IMG/VR virus record: IMGVR_UViG_3300032676_000720
Origin: an uncultured virus (IMG/VR IMGVR_UViG_3300032676_000720)
Lineage: Duplodnaviria; Heunggongvirae; Uroviricota; Caudoviricetes
Reading direction: 5' to 3' (one strand)
Length of the DNA stretch: 64,000 nucleotides
Shown here one piece after another: positions 1 through 9,471 of the stretch. Made by a program: the position numbers and the translations under genes. The notes beneath the pieces were generated by a model. It searched no databases and had not been told where the DNA came from. It worked only from the letters and a program-made list of their open reading frames with translations. Position 1 is the first letter of the stretch, and every line of letters begins with the position of its first letter.

Positions 1-179
1 TGTCCGCTCATTTCAATAGGCAATGGACCAAATCCACCTGTCATCATATCAATGTCCGAACGGCATACTCCAGTCATTACAGCCTTGACTTCGATTTCGT
101 TTTCGGTGTTATCTGGCTTGTCCCACGCTAGCTCACTGAACGAACCTTTGCCGTCAGTAGCTAATAATCTTACTTTCAT
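1..179 (-). CDS. Zn-dependent alcohol dehydrogenase family protein (5' part; runs off window)
   Basis: Manual translation MKVRLLATDGKGSF...VKAVMTGVCRSDIDMMTGGFGPLPIEMSG(H): GxCxSD and start of GHE Zn motifs; ATGA overlap with upstream gene. Confidence 0.8.
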   Translation of the reverse strand, partial: MKVRLLATDGKGSFSELAWDKPDNTENEIEVKAVMTGVCRSDIDMMTGGFGPLPIEMSG

Positions 180-1087
180 GCTAACTCGTAAATGTCAATG
201 TTTTCAATAGTCTTGTGAATCCATACATCTAATTCTAGTTGTAGGTCCCAAAACGCCGGTGTGTCTTTCATTTCTATAGCAGTACTAATCATACGCTTAT
301 ATGCATCTTCTGGACATAATCCAAGTTCGAAGTAGTAATGGCTACCATCTTCAAATGTCATTAAAATACTACGGTCATCACCAGTTAATGTGCGCCAGTT
401 AGATTCAATAATCCAATGGCAGCCATGTGTATCCACATAACTTAATTCCACTTGATCTTCTACATCATAGATACCGTTAACATCTACACGGCCATAATCT
501 GTTTGTGTAAGTTCAGGTAATGTCCAAAAGCGTTCAGCCGATTCTGTAAGCATATTTGCTTGGTCGTAACTAAATCCAGATAATGATTGGAATAAACTTA
601 ACAAATGCGGAAGTAAATCTCTACTGACTCCACCGTATGCTAAACTCTTAGTAGTAAACCATGTACCCGGATTAGGAACACGGTCATTGTTGTTCCAAGT
701 TAAGTTAATGATTTTTGCTTTGTGTGCTAGTTGTGTTAGTGTAGCAATATTTTCACGATACTGATTATTCTTAACCATCATGAAGCGTGTATCAGGATAA
801 TCGTCTACAAGATTATACCACGCTACTGCTGACTCTAGTCCTGGCTTCTCGATAAACACAATACGAGTATGATTTGCTATAGCACGAGCAATATCTTCGT
901 GTGTAAAATTAGGAGTACAAATATGAGCAGTATCAAAACAAGCATGATCCTTGAATACTTCTTCCAATTCATAATAATCGGCGTCTTTACTTAAATCAGG
1001 ATCGACTGTAACAATCTCATGACCAAGTTCAGTTAATACTTGTTTGTATAACTGCCCAATGCCCATTCCTACAATAAGACTTTTCAT
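176..1087 (-). CDS. Gfo/Idh/MocA family NAD(P) oxidoreductase
   Basis: N-terminal GMGIG Rossmann motif, ICTPNFTH and FIEKPG motifs. Confidence 0.85.
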   Translation of the reverse strand: MKSLIVGMGIGQLYKQVLTELGHEIVTVDPDLSKDADYYELEEVFKDHACFDTAHICTPNFTHEDIARAIANHTRIVFIEKPGLESAVAWYNLVDDYPDTRFMMVKNNQYRENIATLTQLAHKAKIINLTWNNNDRVPNPGTWFTTKSLAYGGVSRDLLPHLLSLFQSLSGFSYDQANMLTESAERFWTLPELTQTDYGRVDVNGIYDVEDQVELSYVDTHGCHWIIESNWRTLTGDDRSILMTFEDGSHYYFELGLCPEDAYKRMISTAIEMKDTPAFWDLQLELDVWIHKTIENIDIYELA

Positions 1088-2766
1088 GCTTCACTTTCAA
1101 GTGCGTCAAGTTTAGTTTCATCCAATCCAGAATCATCCATATGGTGTTCTTCTGGTTCCTCTGCTTCAAATAAATTACTAAACATAGTACTAGCATTAAC
1201 TGTTTTCTTACCAGTAGCGCCACGAGTACCGATAATGCTTTGCCAAAACTTATCATACAAATCAATAATAGCAATAGCTGTTTCACGATCCGGAGCAGCA
1301 AATATTGCTTCTACTACATCCTTAAAGTATACAGTATCAAAGCGTTCATCTACAAGCATATTGGGACATTTGCCCGCATCATACTCGCGATTAGCTCGTT
1401 GTACTGATTCTAAGTGTGTCCAAACATTATGTCCCATGAGTAATGCGTAAGAGAATGAATCCCAACTTGTTTTACCTTCTTTGCCTACTTTATTTTTGTC
1501 GCCTGGTTTATATATGCAAATATCTTTAATCTGTAAGTTATTACTAACAGGACTATCGTCGAAGTGATGAATTAGTTTATCTTGTAATACAGCATCGCTA
1601 AATTTGCGTGTATCTGTGGCATACTTTTTATCGTCAACGATAGCACTCATACGATAACACCACTTCTTACGATCTTCGATATCTATTTGATGGTAGACTT
1701 GTCCATTAGCGGTTGCTAAGAATGGACTAGCACAATCAAAACTAATAGTGAAAGCAGGATTAACATACTTACGAACAGCCCGTTGAATATCAGTCAACAA
1801 TAATGCCCATTCTAGTTTACTTGTACCCAAGAAGTGCATCCAATCTTGTTTACCTTCTTGTAGTAATCCATCGAACTTCAGTGCTACTAGTCTACGCAAT
1901 ACTAAGTCAACGTCACACATATTCTGGCCACCCATAGCCCAACCATTAAATGCCTTATTGCCGTAAATGTTTGGATCGCAGAAGTCTTTCATCTGAGCAT
2001 ACCAGTCATCGGCCTGTGCGTGATTTTCACCTTGTAGTACATTTAAGAACTTACAAGCACCTGTGCGGTGTTTGATAAAATATTCGTTATTGTACTTGGT
2101 TGCTTCGACGGCCTGCTGATAAGATTCAATACCGGTAGCGGCACGACCAGCTGGACTACGCTCTACCCACGCTGGAATATCAAGTACCATACCATAGTCC
2201 ATAATACCGTCCATCCAAGCTAATACTTGGCTACGCTTTTTCTGTGCCGCATCTAATTTAGCTTGATATTCTTTTACATGGTCAATCTTAGTATATTTGG
2301 TGTTGCCGTTCTTATCATGTTTAGGTGTACCATCTGGCTTTAACGCAGGAACTTGTTCTATGCCTTTAGCTATAGCCTCAGCCATTTTAGCGGCTACTTC
2401 CGGGCCGTTAGGATCACGCCATTCACCTTCCCACACACCTTTACCAATTTGGAATCCGCCCGAATCGCCTAGAATGAAAGTGTTAGCACGATCCCTGTTA
2501 CGAATCATGTCTTCATTCCAGTCTTGTTTGTTAAGATCCAAGTTGGCGTGTCCTGCTGAATACAAACTCCACTTATATGTAAACAAACCTTTTTGACTAT
2601 TAAGCCAATTAAGCATTTCCATATCTTGGATATTAGTAGGCATACGGGCTTGGTCAACATATTGACTGCCTCGTTGTTTTCCTATGTAAGTACCGTAGAA
2701 CCCCGACAATGCTGGCAAAAAGATAGCATAGTCGGATTGTTTGGCAGTTAAATTATCTTGCGCCAT
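1084..2766 (-). CDS. tRNA-guanine transglycosylase (TGT/DpdA)-like protein
   Basis: TGT motifs in order: DSGGFQ, MVLD, VLQG, WAMGG, HFLG, SFDCASP, GHN. Confidence 0.75.
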   Translation of the reverse strand: MAQDNLTAKQSDYAIFLPALSGFYGTYIGKQRGSQYVDQARMPTNIQDMEMLNWLNSQKGLFTYKWSLYSAGHANLDLNKQDWNEDMIRNRDRANTFILGDSGGFQIGKGVWEGEWRDPNGPEVAAKMAEAIAKGIEQVPALKPDGTPKHDKNGNTKYTKIDHVKEYQAKLDAAQKKRSQVLAWMDGIMDYGMVLDIPAWVERSPAGRAATGIESYQQAVEATKYNNEYFIKHRTGACKFLNVLQGENHAQADDWYAQMKDFCDPNIYGNKAFNGWAMGGQNMCDVDLVLRRLVALKFDGLLQEGKQDWMHFLGTSKLEWALLLTDIQRAVRKYVNPAFTISFDCASPFLATANGQVYHQIDIEDRKKWCYRMSAIVDDKKYATDTRKFSDAVLQDKLIHHFDDSPVSNNLQIKDICIYKPGDKNKVGKEGKTSWDSFSYALLMGHNVWTHLESVQRANREYDAGKCPNMLVDERFDTVYFKDVVEAIFAAPDRETAIAIIDLYDKFWQSIIGTRGATGKKTVNASTMFSNLFEAEEPEEHHMDDSGLDETKLDALESEA

Positions 2767-3347
2767 TATTTAAGACCCATTTGTTTTCTTATTTCAGTCG
2801 CTGAAATAGAGTGCGTATCCTCGTCGAATACTTCGTTTTCAATTTTATAACCAACATTACGACCATAGGTAATGTTTGTAATATTAGGAACGAATACAAT
2901 AATATACTGTCCTTCATACTTTTCCTTTAAATCCGCATGGATGAAGTTTTCTACTTCTTCTTTTTTAAATGGATTAGAATCATTCCAACCTTCGCAATCA
3001 CGGATCATAATACAAACTTGACCTGTTTTAGCAATAGCACGGTCAAACAATGCTCTATGTCCGGCGTGCCATGGCTGCCAACGCCCTAGCATTTGAACAG
3101 TAGGCTTACGCCAATCAAATCCATCTGGATGTGCGGTTGGCTTAGTATGTCTGCCCCATTTAATTTTATTCCAAACTCTTTCATGAAACCAAAATAAACA
3201 TATTTTAGTTAACACTTCGATAGAAGCGATACTACCAGCAACTACTAGTTCTCCTGTAACAAGAAAACTAACAATAAATGTGTCGATAGTACCAGTAAGG
3301 CGCCATGATAGCGCCTTAACTAAACTTCTAATATTAGTGTCAAACAT
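2766..3347 (-). CDS. DUF2061-like membrane domain fused to cytidylyltransferase-like (HxGH) domain
   Basis: RSLVKALSWR...HERVW N-terminus; GRWQPWHAGH motif. Confidence 0.75.
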   Translation of the reverse strand: MFDTNIRSLVKALSWRLTGTIDTFIVSFLVTGELVVAGSIASIEVLTKICLFWFHERVWNKIKWGRHTKPTAHPDGFDWRKPTVQMLGRWQPWHAGHRALFDRAIAKTGQVCIMIRDCEGWNDSNPFKKEEVENFIHADLKEKYEGQYIIVFVPNITNITYGRNVGYKIENEVFDEDTHSISATEIRKQMGLK

Positions 3348-4069
3348 TATTTAGATTGAGCTGGTAGAATATAAGAATAAACAGCAAGTCCGGAATCAAC
3401 AATAATCTGCATTGCGCCTTCATCACTAATACGCATTACTTTATCGCCATACAAGTCAAGAATGCCAATAACAGCTTTGACTGGCCAACTCCATGCTCGC
3501 TTGAGATCACCTTGTACATCTGGTTGGAATACAAAGTTACCAGCGTGTGTTGAATGATCTCCAAAGAAGAACTTCAAATCACCGCCGTCTACTTTAACTT
3601 GGAAATTGTTTTCTTCGCTATTAGCTGTAGCTTGCATTTTCAAACGCTGAATAGCCGCTGCGCTTGGTTCAACCTCTAAGTTCCATTTAACACCTTTGAA
3701 CTTAATAGTCTTAATCTTTTCATTAGCAACTTCGGCTGCCATAAAACGATATGAATTCTTAAAGTCGCCTGCTTTGTTCACAAAGTTTAACTGATCCGGC
3801 GCATTGTCGGCTCTGCGATTAATAGCAAGTGTAGCATCTTCTTTGTACTCTTGTAAGTTCAAAAGAATTTTAAGTTTGGCTAAATTTGGCATACCAAATG
3901 TACCAATAAATTCTGCTACTGGATTGATTGTTTTACCTTCTACAACAATCGAATTATCTTCAGCTTTGCCAAAGATATTTGTTTCAGTGTCAGTTCCAAC
4001 TACACGAACTTGTTCAATACTGCCCAAGTCAAAAGTATGTGAAACTAAGTCTAAAAGATGATCACGCAT
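3347..4069 (-). CDS. DNA polymerase sliding clamp (gp45/PCNA-like)
   Basis: 240 aa, beta-rich, C-terminal YSYILPA, next to polymerase; clamp loader present at 35.3 kb. Confidence 0.6.
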   Translation of the reverse strand: MRDHLLDLVSHTFDLGSIEQVRVVGTDTETNIFGKAEDNSIVVEGKTINPVAEFIGTFGMPNLAKLKILLNLQEYKEDATLAINRRADNAPDQLNFVNKAGDFKNSYRFMAAEVANEKIKTIKFKGVKWNLEVEPSAAAIQRLKMQATANSEENNFQVKVDGGDLKFFFGDHSTHAGNFVFQPDVQGDLKRAWSWPVKAVIGILDLYGDKVMRISDEGAMQIIVDSGLAVYSYILPAQSK

Positions 4070-4125
4070 TTAATATTTCCTTTAAGTAATGTTGATAGTA
4101 TAACAGGTTTATTTAGGTTTTACAA

Positions 4126-5034
4126 CTATTTTGAAACTATTTTCGCCAAAGGTTGTCCACCTTTAATCGAATCTAAAACGCCTGGCTTACGCAACTCTAG
4201 CCAAGTACTTGCTTCGTACGTATTATAAGAATACGCAATTTCATATCCTATATTAATGGCTAAATTTTTGATAAATGAACCAGGGGTATAGGATCTATGA
4301 TTTTTTTCAGCTAATCGAACAGCACTAACTCGGTCGCAATCATTAAATGTCATAATGAAAGTTCCTCCTGGTTTGAGCTTTTCGAAAACTTCTTTTAAAT
4401 ATTTTTGAATCATTTCAAAAGGACGATAATCCAAATAATCATAGGCCAAGCACAATCCAATTTGATTATTAGGTATTTTACTTAAAATTTCTCGATCAAA
4501 ATCTTCGACAATAGTATAAGAGCGTAGTCGATTTTGATATTGAGTACTAAAAGTGCTTAATGCTGGTAATAATAAATCATGTTTTAAATCCACAATGTAT
4601 AATGGATCATGCCCTACCATATCTTCAATAAAAGGTCCTGCGCTAGGTCTGATAATTAGTGCGGGCATACGCCAATCAGCATATAGCTTTACTCTACTAC
4701 GGTATAGGTCCATGCTTATACGATTATTTGTACGGATCTTTAAGACTGTTGCGCTATCCTCGTATAATTCCCATTCAAGTACATCGGTATAAGATTTATA
4801 ACTTTCTTGAAATAGTGGTGGTTCAGCATCACTAATATCTTTATCTAACTGAGTTTTTAAATTATTAAAATCGCGTTCAAACATATCAAACGCATCGTTG
4901 ATATCCTGTTGTCGTTTATTAAGACTAGCGGCTAGATATGTAATTTCATTTAATGACTGATTAGCAATATCTCTGGCAGGTACCGCAGATAATTTATCTA
5001 ACTGATTTTTTAAGAATACGAGATCACTCAACAT
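4126..5034 (-). CDS. class I SAM-dependent methyltransferase-like protein
   Basis: YLKEVFEKLKPGGTFIMTF post-motif; motif I degenerate. Confidence 0.55.
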   Translation of the reverse strand: MLSDLVFLKNQLDKLSAVPARDIANQSLNEITYLAASLNKRQQDINDAFDMFERDFNNLKTQLDKDISDAEPPLFQESYKSYTDVLEWELYEDSATVLKIRTNNRISMDLYRSRVKLYADWRMPALIIRPSAGPFIEDMVGHDPLYIVDLKHDLLLPALSTFSTQYQNRLRSYTIVEDFDREILSKIPNNQIGLCLAYDYLDYRPFEMIQKYLKEVFEKLKPGGTFIMTFNDCDRVSAVRLAEKNHRSYTPGSFIKNLAINIGYEIAYSYNTYEASTWLELRKPGVLDSIKGGQPLAKIVSK

Positions 5035-5036
5035 AA

Positions 5037-7697
5037 TTAGAACTCAAATAAATTTTGAAATGTATTTTCAGTATTAGTAGCACTAGCTAAGTCCCAATCT
5101 AATACACTTAATAAGTTATCAATCTTTTGGTCTACAATAGTAGCTTCCATTAAGGCATCATCAAATGGAAGTTCTTTAAACCAATCAGGCAAACGTTGCT
5201 CATCTGTAGGGTAACCAATACTAGTCCAACCCAATGGATTTGGCTTTAACTTACATACAATAGTTTTCATGCCGTCGACTACCGCAATAGAATAATTGTC
5301 GCTATTCATACGACGTAGATTGTTCCAGTTTAGTGCCGCACGAACGTGTCCTGGCATATTAGCTTTGCCTGCTTTTTCTTCAGCCGCACCATATTTGGTC
5401 AAGTTGTTTACACGTTTAGGTGTACCCTTTTCCCAAGCTGGACGCTCAGCAAACGCATACTTAAATTCTCTAATGCGCTCAACAATTTCTTCACGACCTG
5501 TACCAGTTAATACCTTTTCCAAAATCTCACTTAAAAACTCTTGAATTATTTTAGGAGTATCCGAACGCTTTAAGTCTAAGCCCATAGCTTTAATCTTGCC
5601 TGGCTTACCGTCTACGTCAAGGCGCTTGCCTTCTAAGTCATAAATTAATACAGCATAACGCTTCTTAGTAATAAACAAACTATTAGATGCTACTAGTTCG
5701 CGACCCGCTTTAATAAGTTCGCCAGCTTCACGAGGACAGTGGAAAGCCTGTTCCATAAATGCCGGAAATGAATCATTAACTTGATCCGCAATGCTATCAT
5801 AGAGTTGAATACAACTTTCTTTACTCCAAGACATCTTTCCAGCCGCCACATCATCTTTGATAGCTGGCCACGCTGTAAAATAGCATGAGTCAGTGTCACC
5901 ATAGATAATTGCTTGTCCTAAATGGTCTTTAACCCCAAAGATACATTCGTTAATATAACTAGCCATGTGTCGAGCAATACTACGACCCGATAGTGTAGTT
6001 GACTGTCCAATACGCTTGTCAAAGAAACGACAATGTGGATTTAAAATAGCACCGTATAACGAATTTAAGTTAATCTTCTTAACTAACTGTCGCTTATCCC
6101 AGAACGCAATCATCTTAGGATCAGTAGCTTCTTTTTTCTTAGCTTGAAGTTCTTTACGTTCAGCATACCAACGCTCTAACAATCCTGGCACAACACCTTT
6201 ACGCTCATATGTAACAATAGTGCCATTAGCGGTTAGCATCCAAGGTTTGTTAGAATTAAATACCATCTCCCAAATCTCAGCCGCACTATGTACAGTACTA
6301 TCGCCATCTTGCCAGTCGATTGTAATTTCAGTACCACGCTGTTGATCCATGACCGCTGTATATTCTAATGTAGCAAACATACCTTCCCACGCTGCCGCAA
6401 ATGATTTGCCTTTACCAACAATTTCATTAATGTAACGATCAGTCATAATAGGACGAAGTTGTCCTACTACAGTTTCCATTCCCATGTTCAACGCACGAAT
6501 AGCAGATGGATAAAGTGAGTTAATATCCACAGCGCCGATCCATTCATGAATACCCTTTTTAGGATACGCAACATAAGCACCTGCGGCCGCTGTATCTTCT
6601 TCGTCTGTTAATCTTTGTTTACGATTAGGTACAACAAGTCCACGCTCATGTGCTTCGTTAATAATAGCTTGTTCAGTAACAGCTACGGCACCCATTGTAG
6701 TTGCTAACAATACAGTATTGGCGTGTGCGAGTTCGTTAGCTAAGTCCAAGAAGCGTAACTTCTTATCTAACTTGTCTAACAACAATGTATCTTGCCTGTT
6801 ATACACAATAAACTGTTTAAAGTCTTGATTGTATAATTGATCCAATGTGCCTTCGTATTGTGTTTTACTTTCGCCTAGTTCATATTCAGAAATAGCATCC
6901 AATGAATAACTGTGTCGTTCTTCATAGGTGTACTTACGATATAATTGCATATAGTCCATGTGTACACGACCTACGATATCATAAGTTGTGCTAGTAGCAC
7001 CATATCGCTCAAATTCACGCTCTTTAGGGAATTGACCCCACAAGCAGAATCTGCGTGTATCATCTTTAGACAATACTCGCTTGATACGATTTACTGTGTA
7101 TGGTATATCATAGCCTTCTGAGTTCCAACCTGAAATAACATCTGCGTCATCGATTAAGTCCAGGAATGTTTTTAACATATCCTCTTCTTTTTCAAACACA
7201 ATACAGTTTTCAAAGTCTTTAGCAATATCATTAGCTGTTTCGATACTCATATGCTTGGGTGGCACAACCAATGTAACTAGTTGCTCCATCCATTGTAAGT
7301 AAACAGAAATAGCTGTAATGCCGTTGAATGGATCAGTGGTAGGAGAGAATCCTTTCTCCTTGTGAAAGTCTACTTCAATGTCGAAGAATGCCGCATGGAG
7401 TTCTGGAGCATCTTTATTTTTGTAATTTTCTTCTAAACAACGGAAGATAGGATTGATATCAGATTCATAAAGTTGTTTGCCTTTTTGAATGGCTACTTCC
7501 TTACGAAACTCTTTACTATTACGACTAGAAAAGCGGGCAACTGGTGTGCCATAGATAGAAGTAAATTTACCTCTAGGATCGTTGTAGTAAAAGATATAAT
7601 CAGCGGGGTATTCTTTATAAATTCTTTCCCCGTTGATTCGTTCTACAACATGAATTCGATCGTGTTCACGATCATATAGACAATCTACATAACTCAA
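5037..7697 (-). CDS. family B DNA polymerase
   Basis: Exo motifs FDIE and GWNSEGYD; pol motifs DINSLYPS, KINLNSLYG, YGDTDS, KKRYA; TTG start with GGAG RBS. Confidence 0.97.
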   Translation of the reverse strand: MSYVDCLYDREHDRIHVVERINGERIYKEYPADYIFYYNDPRGKFTSIYGTPVARFSSRNSKEFRKEVAIQKGKQLYESDINPIFRCLEENYKNKDAPELHAAFFDIEVDFHKEKGFSPTTDPFNGITAISVYLQWMEQLVTLVVPPKHMSIETANDIAKDFENCIVFEKEEDMLKTFLDLIDDADVISGWNSEGYDIPYTVNRIKRVLSKDDTRRFCLWGQFPKEREFERYGATSTTYDIVGRVHMDYMQLYRKYTYEERHSYSLDAISEYELGESKTQYEGTLDQLYNQDFKQFIVYNRQDTLLLDKLDKKLRFLDLANELAHANTVLLATTMGAVAVTEQAIINEAHERGLVVPNRKQRLTDEEDTAAAGAYVAYPKKGIHEWIGAVDINSLYPSAIRALNMGMETVVGQLRPIMTDRYINEIVGKGKSFAAAWEGMFATLEYTAVMDQQRGTEITIDWQDGDSTVHSAAEIWEMVFNSNKPWMLTANGTIVTYERKGVVPGLLERWYAERKELQAKKKEATDPKMIAFWDKRQLVKKINLNSLYGAILNPHCRFFDKRIGQSTTLSGRSIARHMASYINECIFGVKDHLGQAIIYGDTDSCYFTAWPAIKDDVAAGKMSWSKESCIQLYDSIADQVNDSFPAFMEQAFHCPREAGELIKAGRELVASNSLFITKKRYAVLIYDLEGKRLDVDGKPGKIKAMGLDLKRSDTPKIIQEFLSEILEKVLTGTGREEIVERIREFKYAFAERPAWEKGTPKRVNNLTKYGAAEEKAGKANMPGHVRAALNWNNLRRMNSDNYSIAVVDGMKTIVCKLKPNPLGWTSIGYPTDEQRLPDWFKELPFDDALMEATIVDQKIDNLLSVLDWDLASATNTENTFQNLFEF

Positions 7698-7773
7698 ATT
7701 AATCTCCGTTTATGGCCGGTAAGCCTTGTTTCATGTTCGTTAAGCGAACGACTCTTACTGCTAACTATAATAT

Positions 7774-8034
7774 TTATAGTGTTTTGCCCACTTGAGTTAA
7801 AATTTGTTCTAGCAAGCTATGGTCATCTTGTGTACGGCCAAATTCAGCTTTGTGAGCAATCTTAATAGCTTTTTTAAGGATAGCTGGTTTAATTTCTAAT
7901 TCTTCAGCAATAGCTTTAACTGTGTCATTCAATCCACCTTGTAGTGTTTCGATTTCCATAGTAACAGCCATACCTTCATTGATAATTTGCTCTAATTTTT
8001 TAGTTTGTTCTGCTGTGAATACGCGGTCTGACAT
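7774..8034 (-). CDS. small dsDNA-binding protein (T4 DsbA/GapR-like)
   Basis: 86 aa helical protein, VKAIAEELEIKPAILKKAIK pattern. Confidence 0.5.
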   Translation of the reverse strand: MSDRVFTAEQTKKLEQIINEGMAVTMEIETLQGGLNDTVKAIAEELEIKPAILKKAIKIAHKAEFGRTQDDHSLLEQILTQVGKTL

Positions 8035-8060
8035 TTAGTTCTCCTGTTAATAATGTTACA

Positions 8061-8089
8061 AGTATACAGGATATTTTGGATGAAGTCAA
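8061..8089 (-). promoter_or_regulatory. sigma70-type promoter
   Basis: TTGACT-17-TATACT. Confidence 0.7.
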
Positions 8090-8097
8090 ATGATAAA

Positions 8098-8187
8098 AGA
8101 CACTTTTGGCTAAACGGTAGCGAATCGCTTTACCAAGGCAGGCTCCGCCTACACCGGCCGTTTTACAACGGTCCTAAGGGTGTTCTT
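8098..8187 (-). ncRNA. candidate structured ncRNA
   Basis: GC-rich non-coding stretch just 3' of TAAATA; closing stem ACAC/GTGT, hairpins CCGTT-GTAA-AACGG, AGGC..GCCT, GGT..AGCG/CGCT..ACC. Confidence 0.45.
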
Positions 8188-8197
8188 TACATATAAG

Positions 8198-8287
8198 TAT
8201 TTACCGAAGTACAGTTTTCAAAATGCCAACGATTCATAGCATTAGAGTAGTTGGATATCCCCATATCGCGAACTACACTTTTATTTA
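8198..8287 (-). mobile_element. internally deleted HNH-endonuclease element (leader + C-terminal MNRWHFENC remnant), TAAATA direct repeats
   Basis: Leader closely matches 14179-14230; joined directly to RWHxxNC codons; TAAATA at 8282-8287 and 8198-8203 (minus). Confidence 0.75.
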
Positions 8288-8368
8288 TCTATAGATAACA
8301 GGTGCGTAAGGATTAAGTTTATAATCCTCATCACCGTGTTGTTCTGGATAAACTGGATATTCGTTCAT
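8285..8368 (-). CDS. small leaderless peptide MNEYPVYPEQHGDEDYKLNPYAPVIYR
   Basis: ATG 5 nt after TAAATA (8374-8379), same arrangement as other late genes. Confidence 0.5.
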   Translation of the reverse strand: MNEYPVYPEQHGDEDYKLNPYAPVIYR

Positions 8369-8376
8369 ATTAATAT

Positions 8377-9471
8377 TTATTTAAAATCGTTATCGGACAA
8401 ATAATAGTCTTCAATATTAAATTTATGGATAATATTGAAATCAGTATCGATACCTTCAAACATCATACGCTGTAAGAAAACAGTTCGTAAGCTAGGCTTT
8501 TTGAGTTTATTATCGAGATAGTCTTGATTTTTATCAAATTCAAATATTTCTAATTTTGCTTGTTTTTTATACTCAACCCATTTTGTGATATTCCTAGCAT
8601 CTTGCGAGTTAATACTCCAAAGTTGGAAATCAGTTGAATCATAAAAATGGTGTAAGTATGTATTCATAAATTCTTCAGAAAAGTTATGCCATAGTTTCGG
8701 AGAGCATAACACTAATAATCTAAATCTTACTGATTGCCACTTAAAGCAAAAGTTCCACCACCAAAACCAATCAGCATTTTTTTCTATTGTTATACCGTAT
8801 GTGTCAGCTGAACGACATACTGCGTCTATTAATAATGTAGAAACTTTAGGAACTTGTATTTTGCTGTTTAAGTACGAAAATATAATATCTTTAGAAAAGC
8901 TATTATTAAAAACATCAGCTCTTTCTAACATAAAGTTTTTTAACATATCGCTACCAAATAATTGGTCGTTATGCTCACCTGTTACTAATATAATACTTTT
9001 ATCAAATAACCAAGGAATAGTTTCACTATTGATTATTTGTAATTTGCCAGCAATATAATTTCTAAAGAATTCCTGATTTTCAATTACTGCGTCATAGCTT
9101 GTTAATACTCTAATTCTATCTTTAACTTCAGCTAACGGATAATTTTCTAAAAAACTAATCAACATTCTTGTACTGTCGATGCCGCCGCTCCACATAATGC
9201 CTAATGGCTTTTGTAGTCGAATGCTAAGTTCCCATAGTTCAGCAGCTCGTTTGTTACAACAATCTCTATAAGATAAAAAATTTGATGTTAATAGCGGTAA
9301 CTCGCTACCTGGATATACTTTAGTGTTGATTGGTTGTTTAAACTGGTTAGTTCTATCTACTAACCCAACAGCATTACTAATAGTTTTGTACATTGCTTTC
9401 CAGTCAGCAACTTCTGAATATAATGGTGTCGGTAATACAGCATTAGAATTAAAATAATAAACGGATTTCAT
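8377..9471 (-). CDS. adenine-nucleotide alpha-hydrolase / asparagine-synthase-like protein
   Basis: WSGGIDST PP-loop, VTGEHNDQLFG; start moved to ATGA overlap at 9471. Confidence 0.65.
   Translation of the reverse strand: MKSVYYFNSNAVLPTPLYSEVADWKAMYKTISNAVGLVDRTNQFKQPINTKVYPGSELPLLTSNFLSYRDCCNKRAAELWELSIRLQKPLGIMWSGGIDSTRMLISFLENYPLAEVKDRIRVLTSYDAVIENQEFFRNYIAGKLQIINSETIPWLFDKSIILVTGEHNDQLFGSDMLKNFMLERADVFNNSFSKDIIFSYLNSKIQVPKVSTLLIDAVCRSADTYGITIEKNADWFWWWNFCFKWQSVRFRLLVLCSPKLWHNFSEEFMNTYLHHFYDSTDFQLWSINSQDARNITKWVEYKKQAKLEIFEFDKNQDYLDNKLKKPSLRTVFLQRMMFEGIDTDFNIIHKFNIEDYYLSDNDFK

Noticed and set aside
5037..7697. Intein or intron in the DNA polymerase
   Set aside because: Continuous 886-aa ORF with all motifs and no intein signatures.
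8098..8187. Possible tRNA
   Set aside because: No TTCRA T-loop, D-loop GG context or CCA end; kept only as an unknown structured RNA.
8285..9471. Lasso-peptide biosynthetic cluster
   Set aside because: No leader peptidase or RRE gene recognisable; the peptide lacks the typical Thr(-2) and core arrangement.
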